Shown piece after piece: positions 39,135 to 55,703 of a stretch of 64,000 bases of DNA. Made by a program: the position numbers and the translations under genes. Each line of letters opens with the position of its first letter. The first letter of the stretch is position 1. This DNA comes from Eledone cirrhosa (taxonomy: Eukaryota). Under the pieces are notes generated by a model. The model was not told the origin of the DNA and did not search any database. It saw only the letters and a list, made by a program, of their open reading frames with translations. The DNA lies in contig OZ024743.1 of NCBI GenBank assembly GCA_964016885.1, forward strand, positions 18,414,001-18,478,000, in the 5' to 3' direction.

Positions 39135-41400
39135 GGGTGACCGCGATCGACAGCGCCACGGAAAATAACAGCGCCTACACAACCCGCCCCAAGTTCCCCA
39201 CTTACCGCCTCGGCAACTCACTCCACCCCCACCCCCCACCTACCGACCACGAACTCGACACTAAATTCATCAGGTTAAAACACTCCATCTCTGATATCCT
39301 ACACAAACACACACACATGCACAACACACAACCTCTCTAAATCTCAACTCACCACTCTCTCCAACCTGAAATCGAAGAAACTCATCTACCTCCCCTCCGA
39401 AAAGGCCTACAACACCCTGGCCCTCCAACACCTTGATGATGTCAACCTCTACTCCAAAGTCCCAGGAATCACTCCCGCGCAGATCGAGGAGCACATCAAC
39501 GCCGCCTGGACCAACATCTGTGACCGACGCAAACACCCGAAGAACTCAGATACAACCTCCTCACGAGGAATAGAAGACTACCCGCCTTCTACCACCTTAT
39601 GAAAACACACAAACAGGGACCCGACCTGAAGATGAGACCTATTGTATCGAGCGTGAAGGACCACTCTACGAAATGTCATGGCTCCTAGCGAGAATACACA
39701 CACCGATACTAGACACCTTGCCGGGACACGTAAACAGCTCCGAGGAAGTGTTGGAACGCCTGCATCAAATGGATCCCGGCACCAGAAAGGCTAACAGGTA
39801 TGCCTTCTACCTTGATATGGTCGCACTTTACACGTCGGTCCCGGCGCTCCCAGCCGTTGATATACTGTTGGAACGCGTTCAATCTACCGACCTACATTGC
39901 TTCGGGCTCACGCCCACTGACATCTACCAGTTCCTGTCCATCGTCGTTGACAACACGTATTTCAGGTTTCTCGACCAAACATACCAGCAAACCTGGGGGT
40001 TGCCCATGGGATCAAGCCTGTCGGGTGTGTCACATACATGGACAGCCTCGAGCACAAGGCACTCAACACCTGCCACTCCCACGCCATCGCGCTTTTCTCA
40101 AGGTACGTGGACGATATTCTCATCCTCACATCTTCCCAGGAGATGGCGAACGGAGTTTATGAGACGTTCAACAACACGGACGAGAATATTGATTTCAGTG
40201 TTGAACACCCCAACTACGACGGGTCCCTTGCCCTCCTCAACTTCCGAATCAACATCACGGAGCAGGGAGAGATCCACACCAACTTCTACCGCAAGGCAGC
40301 CTGTAGGGAGTTGTTCGTCCACTACAAGTCTGCCCTCCCTAACAGTGCTAAAAGAGGGTACATCACGAACGAGATCACGCGAAATAAAAACAGATGTAGC
40401 GATGCCGTGAGTGGTGTCACCCACGCCAAGGAATTCCTCAGGTGCTAGAGACGAACGAATACCCAGCCTCGCTTGCAAACAGAGTAAGAGACACCAGACG
40501 CAAGAGGCAGAGAAACACACAAGGCAAGTGCTTCCTTAAAATCCCACACCTGGGCGAGAAAACCACCAACGCTATCCGCAGGGCTATACGGATAGAGGGC
40601 TTCGACATCCACCTGGCCCACTCTGGCCCCTCCCTACGGAGATGCCTCTGCAGGAAACCCGGAAAATCGACTGACATGTGATCCCTCAGAAACTGTCCGA
40701 TGCGCCATACGAACTGTTGCTTATGCACATACGTTGTATACCAGGTAAAATGTGACAAGTGCAACCACTACAATATCGGTAGCACAATCCGGCCGCTATA
40801 TATCCGGATCAATGAGCAGATCAACAGCAGGGCCATGTCTTTTCGGAAACACATAACCAAATTTGGAATCAAATACGGAAGGCTCTTTGTCACAGTGCTA
40901 GCGACAGAAGGCAATGTCGGCACTTTGGATCAAACGCCTAGGCCGACACATAAATAACCGATCCGAGAGAAGCGTGACGAGGTGGCTGGTGTAAACAAAC
41001 GAGACAACAACACACGCACACACAGTGGCATTCGAACAATTGTTAATGTGTGTTTAGGCCCCCCACCATCCACCGACCAACAATCGACCAGACAGACTAC
41101 TACACTGCTAGTAACAAAGACCAGCACATATAGGTAGTACAATGGATTGACAGCTAAAGCCATCCCACTTCCACAATAAAAAAGAGCAGCTTTGACCTTT
41201 GCTTCACCGCACCTATCTACAGAATACCTCAGTTGCACACAAAAAGCGGACAACAGAGCCCACGTACCGTTCCTCTCCAACAGATAACTCCCCCCTCCCC
41301 GAAAACCCACCAGTTGATGGATGCGAATCCGAAATATAGGGACAATTAAATCTCTCCCAAGGTAATTCTATTTCGTGGTATTATTTATATTGTTTACGCT
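39135..41400 (+). mobile_element. Penelope-like element family D (GC-richer), decayed RT + GIY-YIG
   Basis: MRPIVS, LDMVALYTSVP, TYFRF...YQQTWGLPMGSSLS, FSRYVDD, FYRK...HYKSALP, VVYQVKCDKC...IGST. Many frameshifts. The outer boundaries are approximate. Confidence 0.85.
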
Positions 41401-41674
41401 CTTTCATACGTTTCTCTACACACTATACACCTCACTCTACACTCCCTTACATCTCTTTCTTCACCGCCAGATTCTGTTACCTGGAGATTTACCCATCTGC
41501 ATTGTTGAGGCTTCCAAATCGACGAAAAAAAATATTATTATTCCACAATGCTTCAAGCAAACTTCAATACTCTCTTATATATATATATATATATATCCAG
41601 ATGGCTTCCAAAAATAATGGTTGCATTTTAAAAGGGTACGTCAAAGCTTATTTATAAAACCGTTATATATTGTA

Positions 41675-41733
41675 TTTTGTCTGATGAAGGCATACCATAA
41701 TTTAATTTGGTATCCCTGAAATATGTATAATGA
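41675..41733 (+). ncRNA. Minimal type I hammerhead-like motif in a pLTR fragment
   Basis: CTGATGA-AGG-c-ATACCA...TGGTAT-c-CCT-GAAA-TATG-TA. The core is canonical and stem II is long, but stem I pairs poorly. Confidence 0.6.
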
Positions 41734-41776
41734 AATAAATATGGTTTTATAAATACAGTTTCCATTTATTAATATC

Positions 41777-41821
<45 letters not shown>

Positions 41822-43869
41822 CATAGATATAGTGAGAGATGTAAAAAGAAGTGAAAAACCTCTTTTCCAAAAACTGAATGGAGGGTGATGAGGCAACCTA
41901 CGGATTATCCTTATCCAAGCCTCAGAGACTTCTTCAATTAGAACTACACAGGCGGGAAGAGATGGGCACAATCGGTGATACAGATAACCACCTCTTAACC
42001 TCTTAATCGTTTAAATTTATATAAATTCAATTACTTGATGCTGAAGAATGTTTTGATCCTTCATTATTTTGACAGTTGCAGAAAGCGTTATGCAATTGTT
42101 AATCATAGAAAAGCACTCGCTGGGGAACGGAAGAATTTTTTTTTAACTTATTGTTTTTCGTGTGTTTAACCTTACCACACACATGTTTGGAATCGTCTTT
42201 TATTCCGAAAATGGGATGTGGGGCCGAAAGGAATCCTCAAATATTCTAGCCTTGTAGATGGTTTAAGTGAGAAAAAGAGAGTCGGAAATGGTGGTAGAAT
42301 GTTGAAGTTACATATAAGCACTGTTTAGTCGTATAAATTTATAGAAAATCAATCCATTGTTACTTAATGTTATTTTGATTTCATCAATGTGTATTGTATA
42401 TATTGCTGTAAGCTTAATTACTTAAGTGTTGCACAATTTCCAAATACACCATTCATTGAGGAGTGGCTGTTCGAAAGAACAATCCTTTCGCACCAAATAA
42501 AATCACCGTGATTACTATCAACAAAATCCCACACAAATGATCTTTGGAGTTAGTCAGATCTATGAAATATTTCAACAAAATTGCTTATTGTTTCTCTTCA
42601 CTACAACCGTTCGACAAATTCACGGACACCAGTAACGCTTAGTCATTGAACTAATACGCTATTGGGGAATAGTGTGGATACCCTACATAAACAGAATTCA
42701 CCGCGTGCTACTCAGTGACCCTAGAATTTCCCCAGGGTTTAGAAGTAGAAATAGATATATTTGCATGGCATACGGAATGAGTGATTTCGAATCCTACGAA
42801 TTAAACTCACTACAATGTTCCGTCTGTATGTTTTCATATGCCCAACGCATTAGACCATTTATCACAGTTGATATTGTGAGATACAGCGTTTCATTCAAAC
42901 TTGAAAGGGTGAGAGAGTGACTGAGAAAGGGAGAGATATTTATAGATAAATATATTAGAATGTTGGCAGCCTTCTACATCTGTATCTGATGAAAATTACA
43001 ATAAATGAGAAACACTTGATGCATCTCTGTTCAAATGGATAAGCTTCGGTCTTCTATAAAAACTTATAAAATTGGTTATATGCTGATTAAATTAGACTAA
43101 AGTGTGTATTATATCCGAGTTAAAAAGGGAAATATTTGCAATTGATTCCGTTAAAGTACACGCTCTATACTTATTCAAGATAAGACATTTGCAGGCCTGT
43201 AATATGAAATGTAAGAAAACATATTTTCAATAGTTTATTTACACATTTCACCATTCTGCATAGTCAGCTATGTTAATATTGACTAACTTGCAGAAAAATA
43301 ATTACTCATCATATATGACTGAATATCAAAAGTGTCGCGTGACTTATATGTGACTTGTGATATGAAACACTCATAACTTATGTAGCTGATCAAAAATGGC
43401 TGTTAGAAAAGGTCAAGTCCTTGCGAACTAGGAGCATTAAAGGAAAATAAAAGAACAAGATATTTTAAAAAAGCGAGAGATATGTAATATTGCAACGTTA
43501 ATATTGAGTTTTACAATGCAGCAGAAATGCGTGTAAGCGTCTATGATGTCATGCTTATACGTTTCATGAAGAAGAACAAGTCTAATTTAAACAAGGCTTC
43601 AAAAGAAAAACCATTTGAGAAAATCATAAAAAGCTGTTCTAAAGGGATTAGAGCTGTCCATCAATAAATTGTTATAGCATGATTAATGATGAAATATATG
43701 AGTAGTTGTTCCTTTGAGGCTTGCGCTTTTCCAAATTCTTTTTTTTTTTTTTTTACAGCCGAATTATCAATTATTAACTATTGTGTTTCGAAATATAAAG
43801 AAAAGTATTTTTGCTATATCATTTTGAAAAGTACAGGTTTCTTTTTTTCCCGATTCCTTCTGATCGCAG

Positions 43870-44278
<409 letters not shown>

Positions 44279-44474
44279 GAAGGGAATGTGGTAAGGAACC
44301 AGATGGACCATAACGCACCAACGTACTCAATACTTAGGGTAGCAGAGTGGGTAATATATATATATAGAATAAGGAAAAGCGAAGTAGTTTTTCCTTATTC
44401 GATATTTACTCCGTCACTCCTGTGTGGAAAAAGTACGTGGAGTGCTTGAATTGGATTGCATCAACGTTTACCCT

Positions 44475-44546
<72 letters not shown>

Positions 44547-44959
44547 GGATACACATATATATATATATTTATATATATATATATATATATGCGGTGCGCG
44601 TGTGTGCGGGTGCATGTGTGCGCGTATGTGTATGTTGGTTTATCTCTGTTTGCATAAATAAATACGAATATATATATCACATTTTTAAAAAATGACAGTC
44701 AAAGCTGAGTAACTTACAGGCATTTTAGTGTCGGAGTAATGAATTCCATCATTGATATTTTCATAATTATGTAATTATTTCTTTTTTGTTTTTACATCTG
44801 TATCATATATACGTTTTTTTTTTTTCATCTGCAAAACACCATTAATGAAAATTGAAAGATTATCTTATCTACTCTTATCCCTTGACGCAATTTGGACTAG
44901 CTGACTACATACACGACTATATCACATTGACTTTCTCTTTCTCTCTCGCTCTCTATTTC

Positions 44960-45000
<41 letters not shown>

Positions 45001-45004
<4 letters not shown>

Positions 45005-45365
45005 AGGTAAGTTATTGCGGGTTGAATCGGAGGTAGGTAAGATACTCAATAAATAGCAGAGTGTAAAAGTTTTAATATAGATGAGATTTTACAGGACTAG
45101 AACTGATTCATTCTTTAGAAATCATCAGGAATCTGGCAGGTCAAAATAAATGTTGTGGTATTTATATATGTTCTGATGGTAGGAGAGGGTGGGGTGTGGG
45201 ACAGGTGAGGAATGGGATGGGTGGAGGTCATTGGTTAAAAGAAAAGGGAATCCATTAAAAGCTAATTCTTTAAAGCTGTACTTAGAGTGACAAAACCAAG
45301 AGAATTCTATAAACCAGTTCAAATATTGGGTCCCTATCATTTTTGTCATGTTTCTCTTAAGCTGT
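45001..45365 (-). mobile_element. Family C pLTR-like short element between microsatellites
   Basis: Shares TACTCAATA..TAGCAGAGT, ACAGGACTAGAACTG and AGAAATCATCAGGAATCTGG with 37117-37380. Confidence 0.8.
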
Positions 45366-45490
45366 GTATATGTATATATCTATTGGTATGTGTATATGTA
45401 TGTATGTGTGTATGTATGTGTATATGTGTGTATGTGTGTGTATTTATTTTCATATATATACGTATATTTATAAATATATAATTATGTGTA

Positions 45491-45652
<162 letters not shown>

Positions 45653-45666
45653 TATATATATATGTA

Positions 45667-45715
<49 letters not shown>

Positions 45716-45719
<4 letters not shown>

Positions 45720-46694
45720 AAAGAATAGAGGTGTAACACACAAGTTATTATATATTGGTAAACGGAATAGAAAATGCTGACAAATTGTTCACAGTTGAAA
45801 AATGGTTTAATTAGGAATAAAAGAGTATTAGTGATTGTATGGGTTAGTATTCAGTTGTGGTTTTAAGTTTTTAAGTTTTTACCGGTTACGCATTTCTAAA
45901 TAATTTTGAGATAGAGTGTCCGTGCTGTTTGCTCCGATCTGATTAGTTTTGGGAATTCTACCTGTTTTTATGTTAAAAAAGTGGCTCCAGCGCTATTTTT
46001 GTGTTGCAAAAATTCTTGTCGTCAAAACAATTTTGATTGGTCGGTAGAGGTCATGTGAATGTAAAAAGTTGATTTTGCGCCAAGACTGTTTTTATGTTAA
46101 AATAGTGGCTCCAGCAAAAATTCTTGGTCAAAACAATTTTGATTGGTCGGTAGAGGTCATGTGAATAAAAAATTGGTTTTGCGCCAAGATTGAGAAATGA
46201 CTCTTTCACAACAAATATGTGTGTGTGTATGTGTGTGTGTGTGTGTGTATGTGTGTGTGTGTGTGTGTATGTGTGTACGTGTGTGTGTGTGTGTGTGTGT
46301 GTGTGTAGTAGTAGTAGTAGCAAGGTGTTCGATGCTGCGACAATGGCCAGCAGCGATGTGTGTCAAAGGGCTATTAAGATAAGTGTGTATGTGTGTGTGT
46401 GTGTGTATAGCAGAGTGATTCGTGGTGGTAGGGATGGTCAGTAAGAATGTGTCTGAAAGCAATGGGGGGTATTTTTGCATGTCAAAAGATAAGTGTGTGT
46501 GTGTGTGTGTGTATAGCAGAGTAATTTGTGGTGGCAGGGATGGTCAGTAAGAATGTGTCTGAAAGCAATGGGGGGTATTTTAGCATGTCAAAAGATATGT
46601 TTCAGCTTTTGTCTTATACGGAGAAGTGCGTGTGTGTGTGTGTCTGTATATAAGTCTCTCTGTATGTTGATGTACGCGTGTGTATGTGTTTGTG

Positions 46695-46739
<45 letters not shown>

Positions 46740-47530
46740 ACCAGTATTTTTTCCCCCTGGTAAAATGGTGTACATTATTCGATTTTTTCAGTAAAATCGG
46801 TTCTCTTAATAGAACATCAAAAATCTTAACGACAAAAGGTGTGAAATGATATTCACTATATATATATACACATACATATATTCACTACATATATATATAT
46901 AGATATACATATATACATACATATATATGCACATATATTTCTTTGTATTGCACCATAGAGCATGTGTGTTTACGTGTGTCATTGTGTTTATATGTGGGTA
47001 GAGATGTGTGCTGATGTAGGTATGTATGTTGACGTGTGTATGATGTGGGTTCGTCTTAGGGAGAAGTGTTTAGACGGGGTCCGTATTTGTTAATGAAGTA
47101 AGATTCCTTGCTGATGCGCTGGGTATGGGTGGCATTATCTTTAAATGTGTAGAGGGGAAAGATTCTGAAGTTGGGATGATTTTGGGCGGCACAGGTATCA
47201 ATGTGTTCACTCAGTGGTATTTTCCACACACACACACATATATATACGCAAGCACATACACACGCGTACATCAACATACAAAGAGACTTATATATACACA
47301 CACACACACGCACTTCTCCGTATAAGACAAAAGCTGAGAAATATCTTTTGACATGCTAAAATACACCACATTGCTTTCAGACACATTCTTACTGACCATC
47401 CCTACCACCACAAATTACTCTGCTATACACACACACACACACACACACTTATCTTTTGACATGCTAAAATACCCCCCATTGCTTTCAGACACATTCTTAC
47501 TGACCATCCCTACCACCACGAATCACTCTG

Positions 47531-47566
<36 letters not shown>

Positions 47567-47635
47567 ATCTTAATAGCCATTTGACACACATCGCTGCTGG
47601 CCATTGTCGCAGCATCGAACACCTTACTACTACTA

Positions 47636-47675
<40 letters not shown>

Positions 47676-48196
47676 CCACATACACACACACACACACACA
47701 CATACACACACACACACATATTTGTTGTGAAAGAGTCATTTCTCAATCTTGGCGCAAAACCAATTTTTTATTCACATGACCTCTACTGACCGATCAAAAT
47801 TGTTTTGACCAAGAATTTTTGCTGGAGCCACTTTTTTAACATAAAAACAGTCTTGGCGCAAAATCAACTTTTTACATTCACATGACCTCTACCGACCACT
47901 CAAAATTGTTTTGACGACAAGAATTTTTGCAACACAAAAATAACGCTGGAGTCACATTTTAACATAAAAACAGGTAGAATTCCCAAAACTAATCAGATCA
48001 GAGCAAACACCACGGACACTCTATCTCAAAATTATTTTTGAAAAGCATTTAGAAATGCGCAGCCGGTAAAAACTTAAAAACTTAAAACCACAACTGAATA
48101 CTAACCCATACAATCACTAATACTCTTTTATTCCTAATTAAACCATTTTTCAACTGTGAACAATTTGTCAGCATTTTCTATTCCGTTTACCAATAT
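45716..48196. mobile_element. Penelope family A fold-back copy: pLTR + GIY-YIG tip (47056-47225) + inverted pLTR
   Basis: 45755-46720 is mirrored by 47226-48196. The coding tip KIPLSEHIDTC...KYGPRLNTSP is cut at 47225, exactly at the inversion. Confidence 0.9.
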
Positions 48197-48256
48197 ATGT
48201 ATATATATATATGTGGGTGTATATGTATATATATATATAAATATGTGTGTATATAT

Positions 48257-48352
<96 letters not shown>

Positions 48353-50269
48353 GTATATATATACACATATACACATACTCATAAATGTATATTTATAAAT
48401 ATACATATATATATGAAAATAAATACACACACACATACACACATATACACATACATACACACACACATACATATACACATACCAATACATATATCAATAT
48501 ATATATATATATATATAGATGTATATATTTATATATATATATATATGTGTGTATGCATAGATGTATATACATGTATATGTATGTATATGTGTATGTGTAT
48601 GTGTTTATATCTGTATATATATATATGATATTAAGGATACTATTTATGGTTATGTATATAGTAAAACTGTTTATAGTTATGTATATTTTAAACCCTAAAC
48701 AGTGAAGGTCAGTAATTTATTACTACCTTATTACCGCTTCCGGCACAACTTCCCAAACGTTAAACCCAATATATAACAATGTCAGACTTGAACCCATCAC
48801 CACTTCTAACACCACACCTCAAGGGGTCACCTTACACCACCACCCCACACTCTCTTGTAACCCTATCTCTACACAAATCATTCCATCTATCTATAACTTT
48901 ATGCCCTAGAAATATCCCCATAAACACTTACTTTTAGTATAATTACTTTCAATTACTTATAATTATATAGTGATACAATACAGTCTATATAAGCTTTAAA
49001 TACCAGATTCGACAATGAATTATATATGCAATTGTATTTAAATGTATGGAGTGATAACATTGGATATATATAAGATTAATGTATTAACATAAGAGATCTG
49101 TCTAACTTATATGATGAGTGAAATGAATTATGTATGAATAGTATGTGAGTTGTATATGCAAGTATAACTTGATGGATATATTAATGACATTGTAAATGAG
49201 GGATGCATTTGTCTGCCCTGGAGATGTATTTGGCTTTGCCACGCAAACAGCCATACGCTGCTCCAGAACTTACCAGGGGTTATGTAGACATAATTCTAAT
49301 AGGTCCTCTGAAATGTTCTGGGAGTAGACTACATTTGCAGTGAACTTTGATATAAAGATAGGGCTCTTTGTATGGAGTACTCCGTTGTAGCACTGCATGA
49401 TAGGGAGTAATCATCCTAATACAGGCGCTTTATAATGTATGTTAGAATAATGAATTTAGTTATGGAAATCAGCTAGTTACCTCCCCTTACGCACTAACTC
49501 CCCTTAACTACACACATACTTCCGGATAATAAACCGCTGTAAATTCTCGCAGCAGAATCAACCTATTCTATAAATTTGGATTAAATAACTATGAGCCGCA
49601 ATAAGCTAAATTAATTTAATTTAATGCGTCAAACATCCAATATGGAATCATCGTTACTTATGTGATGGATGTAAAACCTTATTTAGATTTCCTGATTGTG
49701 AAAATAGTGGTGGATACAAAAACCATAACTTTCTTTTGCTTTTCCTTTTTATTTTTAATTTTCTGCACACATACTTTTTTTTATTATATACAAACAATAC
49801 CTTACCACTACAACCACCATAATACTCTTACTTACTCGCTTAAAGTGCTTGTATTACATGTAACATCCTGCCACACAATAACCATTTATAAATGAGACCC
49901 ACTTGAATGCCCCACGTGTAACTAACGCATACACTAACTACTACATCAGACTAACAAACTACCCTCTTGCATTATCTGTCTTAACTGCCTAATGTATTTT
50001 GATTTTGTTTTAATTTTGTTTAATTTTAATTTTGATTTTGATTTTGATTTTGAATTTCAATTGCTATAGAAAAATAATATAGTATAATATATGTCAGTCT
50101 ACTGTACATCAATATATATATATATATGTATCTATAAGTCTCTTGCGTTGGAAAGGAGGTCAAATATGTGTACAAACATTGAAAAATGGTCCGAAGAATC
50201 CAACCCTAGGTTTGGATGAAACAATTGTAAGTGAATAAATGCTTTGAACATAACTTTGATTCGTGTGAA

Positions 50270-50402
<133 letters not shown>

Positions 50403-50553
50403 CACGGGTGTGTATGATTGTGTATAGAAGATTATATTAATAAGAGGAATTCCAACTTTGTCTGATTTACTCGTTTTATTTAAAATCCTTTAAAATTTAT
50501 AATGGTATTACAATGAAATAGTATTATAAAATATTAAACGTTAAGTGTGAATT

Positions 50554-50590
50554 GAACAAGTACTTTCATCCTTTCGCAATCTTCAGGTTT
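50554..50590 (-). ncRNA. Minimal type I hammerhead-like motif
   Basis: Minus strand AAC-CTGAAGA-TTGCGAAAGGAT-GAAA-GTAC-TT-GTT. It has a canonical core, a palindromic GTAC loop III and an AAC/GTT stem I, but stem II is imperfect. Confidence 0.55.
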
Positions 50591-50674
50591 ATAATGTGTG
50601 GTGACAGTCAGATGCCTGATGATTTCTAAAGAATGAAAGAGTTCTAGTCATGTAGAATCTCATCTATATTAAAA

Positions 50675-50723
<49 letters not shown>

Positions 50724-50767
50724 CATATATGTGCATATATGTGTATACACATGTATATGTATGCACC

Positions 50768-50798
<31 letters not shown>

Positions 50799-50800
<2 letters not shown>

Positions 50801-50992
50801 CAACGAGTAGCACGCAGACGGCTGAGCTCAAGCCGTTTCGACGGGTAATCCTGGACTAAAGTTAGCCGTCGAAACGGCTTGAAATCAGCCGTCGGTGTCC
50901 TACTCGTTCCTATTACCCACTCTACAACCCTAAGTATTGAGTACTTTGGTGCGTTATGGTCCATCTGGTTCCTTACCACATTTCCTTCGTTA
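50799..50992. repeat. GC-rich ~110-nt hairpin plus ~80-bp tail shared with 44277-44356
   Basis: AACGAGTAG..GACGGCTGA..TCAAGCCGTTTCGACGG / CCGTCGAAACGGCTTGA..TCAGCCGTC..CTACTCGTT. The tail 50911-50992 is the reverse complement of 44277-44356. Confidence 0.85.
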
Positions 50993-52061
<1,069 letters not shown>

Positions 52062-52069
52062 CTGAATGT

Positions 52070-52678
<609 letters not shown>

Positions 52679-52950
52679 TTTGTGTATGTATTTATTTATG
52701 TATCTATAACAAGACATATGTCAGAAATCCGCCGGCCTCGTGTAAGAGATGTTTGAAAGTTCGAGACCTTATATAAATGTACCGGGGAAGTGATATATAT
52801 GTTTAGATGAAATATGGAATATTCTCAGAATTATGCCCTCCCATAATAGATACGCTAATAACTGTATGAATTTATTTAATCGTTGATTGCAAACAACGAA
52901 ATCAATTTTGTATAGACTGTCGGGTGCTATTAAACAATCATTTACGCACG

Positions 52951-52993
<43 letters not shown>

Positions 52994-53001
52994 GTATATA
53001 T

Positions 53002-53032
<31 letters not shown>

Positions 53033-53039
53033 TATACAT

Positions 53040-53111
<72 letters not shown>

Positions 53112-55511
53112 CGAGAGAGAGGGCGAAGGATAGACACTCAGATAAGTGTGTGTATATTTACGTTGTGCATAATATATTTGTGATTTAGCTAAACACTTGT
53201 GTTCTTTTTCATGTTTGTTAAAAGAGTTATTAATTACATAATATAAGACATGTTATGCTTGACAACCATCTCAAAGAGAATTAAATAATTCTCCGTGATT
53301 ACACAGCGAAACAGTTGTCGATTCTCCTGTGTGTCTTGGTAACACTGTTCTTGTTGAATGAGACTGCAAAATCTCTACGCGCTGTTGAAGAACACATCAT
53401 TTTACTTCATCAAAATTTAGAAAAGCAAACATATCCAAGTCATCAATCATTATTCCGTATATTTTTCCTTGAAGATAATATCTTATCTGCCGCATTTCCT
53501 AATATATTGTTGAACAGTTGACATTTGAACAACACTCAAAACAATAGAGCGCGCAAGAAAGACACTTTGATATCACACAACATAATTTTTCTATTAATGT
53601 TTATAAAATGAATACAGGCAATACATCATTCTTGCTATGCTCCCTATAACCTACACATATGATTGACAGTAAAAAGAATGATGAGGCATAAGGATATATA
53701 TCGTTACGTATTTGATATTTGATACAACAGATTAGCGTATTTCCTATAATGCTTTACCTGCAATTATAAATAATTTAGACTGAATGAAACATGTATCAGA
53801 TAATTGGAATAGAACTGAATATTAAGAAAAATAAGAGAGCGGTAAAAGACTTTACACGGTGAATGACGGACGAAAATATTGTGTTATAAAATTACTTGGT
53901 ATAATTATTGAATGATTCAAAGCGCAAACAGATACCAACGTTGATCATGAGGCTGAACATGTTGATTGCGTCTTAAATTATGTCGGTCGATTAAAAAACA
54001 ATTGTCTGCGGTTATTTAACATTTTAGATCGCTAATTCTTTTTTATCTTTATTTTGTGTCAAATCTAGTTTGGGTCATATTTAGTTTGAAAATCTGGGAA
54101 AATGAACTCCCAATAAAACAAGACCTTGATGAATCTCTCTATGAAGGAGAATGGACACCTCTTTATATGAAGGATTTTTTCAAGCTAGAAATATAGAAAT
54201 TACTCATTAGAGATTGGTTATTTTTTACAGAAAAATGGTTTCTAATATGGTATTTACATTTTATCCTATGAAATCAGCCCCAAAATTATATATTTAATTT
54301 TTTTTTTTTTTAAACCGTATCTGTCATTTTTTACTTTGGCAGGCTGATTTGCAGTGGTATAGCTGTGAATGTGCCTGTGTCACACGGCTCCCACTTTTTT
54401 TTTTTGTTCTATTGCCTTCTCATATTCCAAAATATTATACTTTTAATTGCTGGTTATATTTGTTGGATAGAGATTCTCGGACTCGTCAGTATTTCTTAGT
54501 CAACGCATCTGCAAAAGTCTTCCGCGCGGAAGAATTTCCATTTTTCATGTGGGAGGAACACATCAGTTTGCTTTGAACTAATCTGACTTCGTCATATGTG
54601 CACTTGGTGTTGCTGAGAATTTGCAGTTTCCTTGGACTATCAATTTTGTTTTTCTTTTCCACATTCTAGCATTCTGGGCCGAAATCGAGAGTGCATGATA
54701 ATTACATACATATATAGTTTCGACCCTCCCAGAAAAACTGTAAGCCTCATATATCACCCTATCAGACTATATCCATATGCTCAACCTCGGTTCAAAAAGT
54801 TTGATCTAATTCCGTATGTTTTCGAAAGTTGCAATCAATTGCTCCGTGGAACTCATAAGAATTCTGCGTAATCTGATTTGTAGCTATCGGTCATTTCAAT
54901 AATGTCTCCACTTGATCTGATGTATACACGTGTTCTGTAGCGTAATTGGAAATGTGCAAGCAATGGGACCTCCTTTGCATTTGAAACACATTCAACTTAT
55001 ATGATACGTGCGTATTTACAAATTAATAAAGTGGTGTTGCGCTTGCTCTTATTAGTGCTGTTGCTGATGTTTTGTCTATGTTTTCGATGAAACTTATGTC
55101 TGTAATTCTATTTTGTTTCCGGTTATTTGTTTCCTATTCATATACTACAATTTGAAATTAAATTTGTTCAAAAATATTTGTTTTTTACTATTTGTTTCTG
55201 TTGTGAGAATTGCCGATTTGTGAGAAATATCATTGCTTAACGAAATATTTGTAGGAGGAAAATTTGTAATATTTCAAAAACGGAAATATGTTAGACAACA
55301 GACTTTATTATATTCATCCAATATCGTATCGCCTTGATTTTCAAGGAATTCAATGATTCTGTGGGTGTAACATATCAGAATTATCGGAATTATATAATAA
55401 TAACTATGATGAGGAGTCGAAAGATAGGTATGGTGACGATAATAATGATGTCACAGTAATGATGAAGTCGACGTTGAAACAAAATAGAAACAAGAAATAC
55501 GATCAGATTGA

Positions 55512-55703
55512 TAATAATTGTTTCCACTTTTGGCACAATGCCCGCAAACACCCAGTGCATTACTGGTATTTTATTTTATCGACCCTCGTAAGGATGAAAG
55601 GCAAAGTTAACCTCGACGGGATTTGAACTCAGATCATAAATGGATGTAACTCTATGCTTCAAAGCACGGCGTCCGACCCTCTACCGATACTGCCAATCCA
55701 CCA
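55512..55703 (-). mobile_element. Meta-type SINE copy
   Basis: Highly similar to 1076-1264 (GGATGAAAGGCAAAGTTAACCTCG...GATTTGAACTCAG...CCGACCCTCTACCGATACTGCCAAT). Confidence 0.85.

Noticed and set aside
42036-42098. CTGAAGA...GAAAGCGTTA hammerhead-like string (similar weak cases near 18590-18630 and 41311-41345)
   Set aside because: The stems or cores are too degenerate to support on single copies.
49200-49420. Minus-strand ...LLELCLHN..., resembling Penelope RT or an exon ending in GTAAGT
   Set aside because: Too short and degenerate; the flanking RT motifs are not recognisable.
53315-53521. 68-aa ORF with a hydrophobic, signal-peptide-like start
   Set aside because: It starts at TTG, has no recognisable domain and has a length expected by chance.
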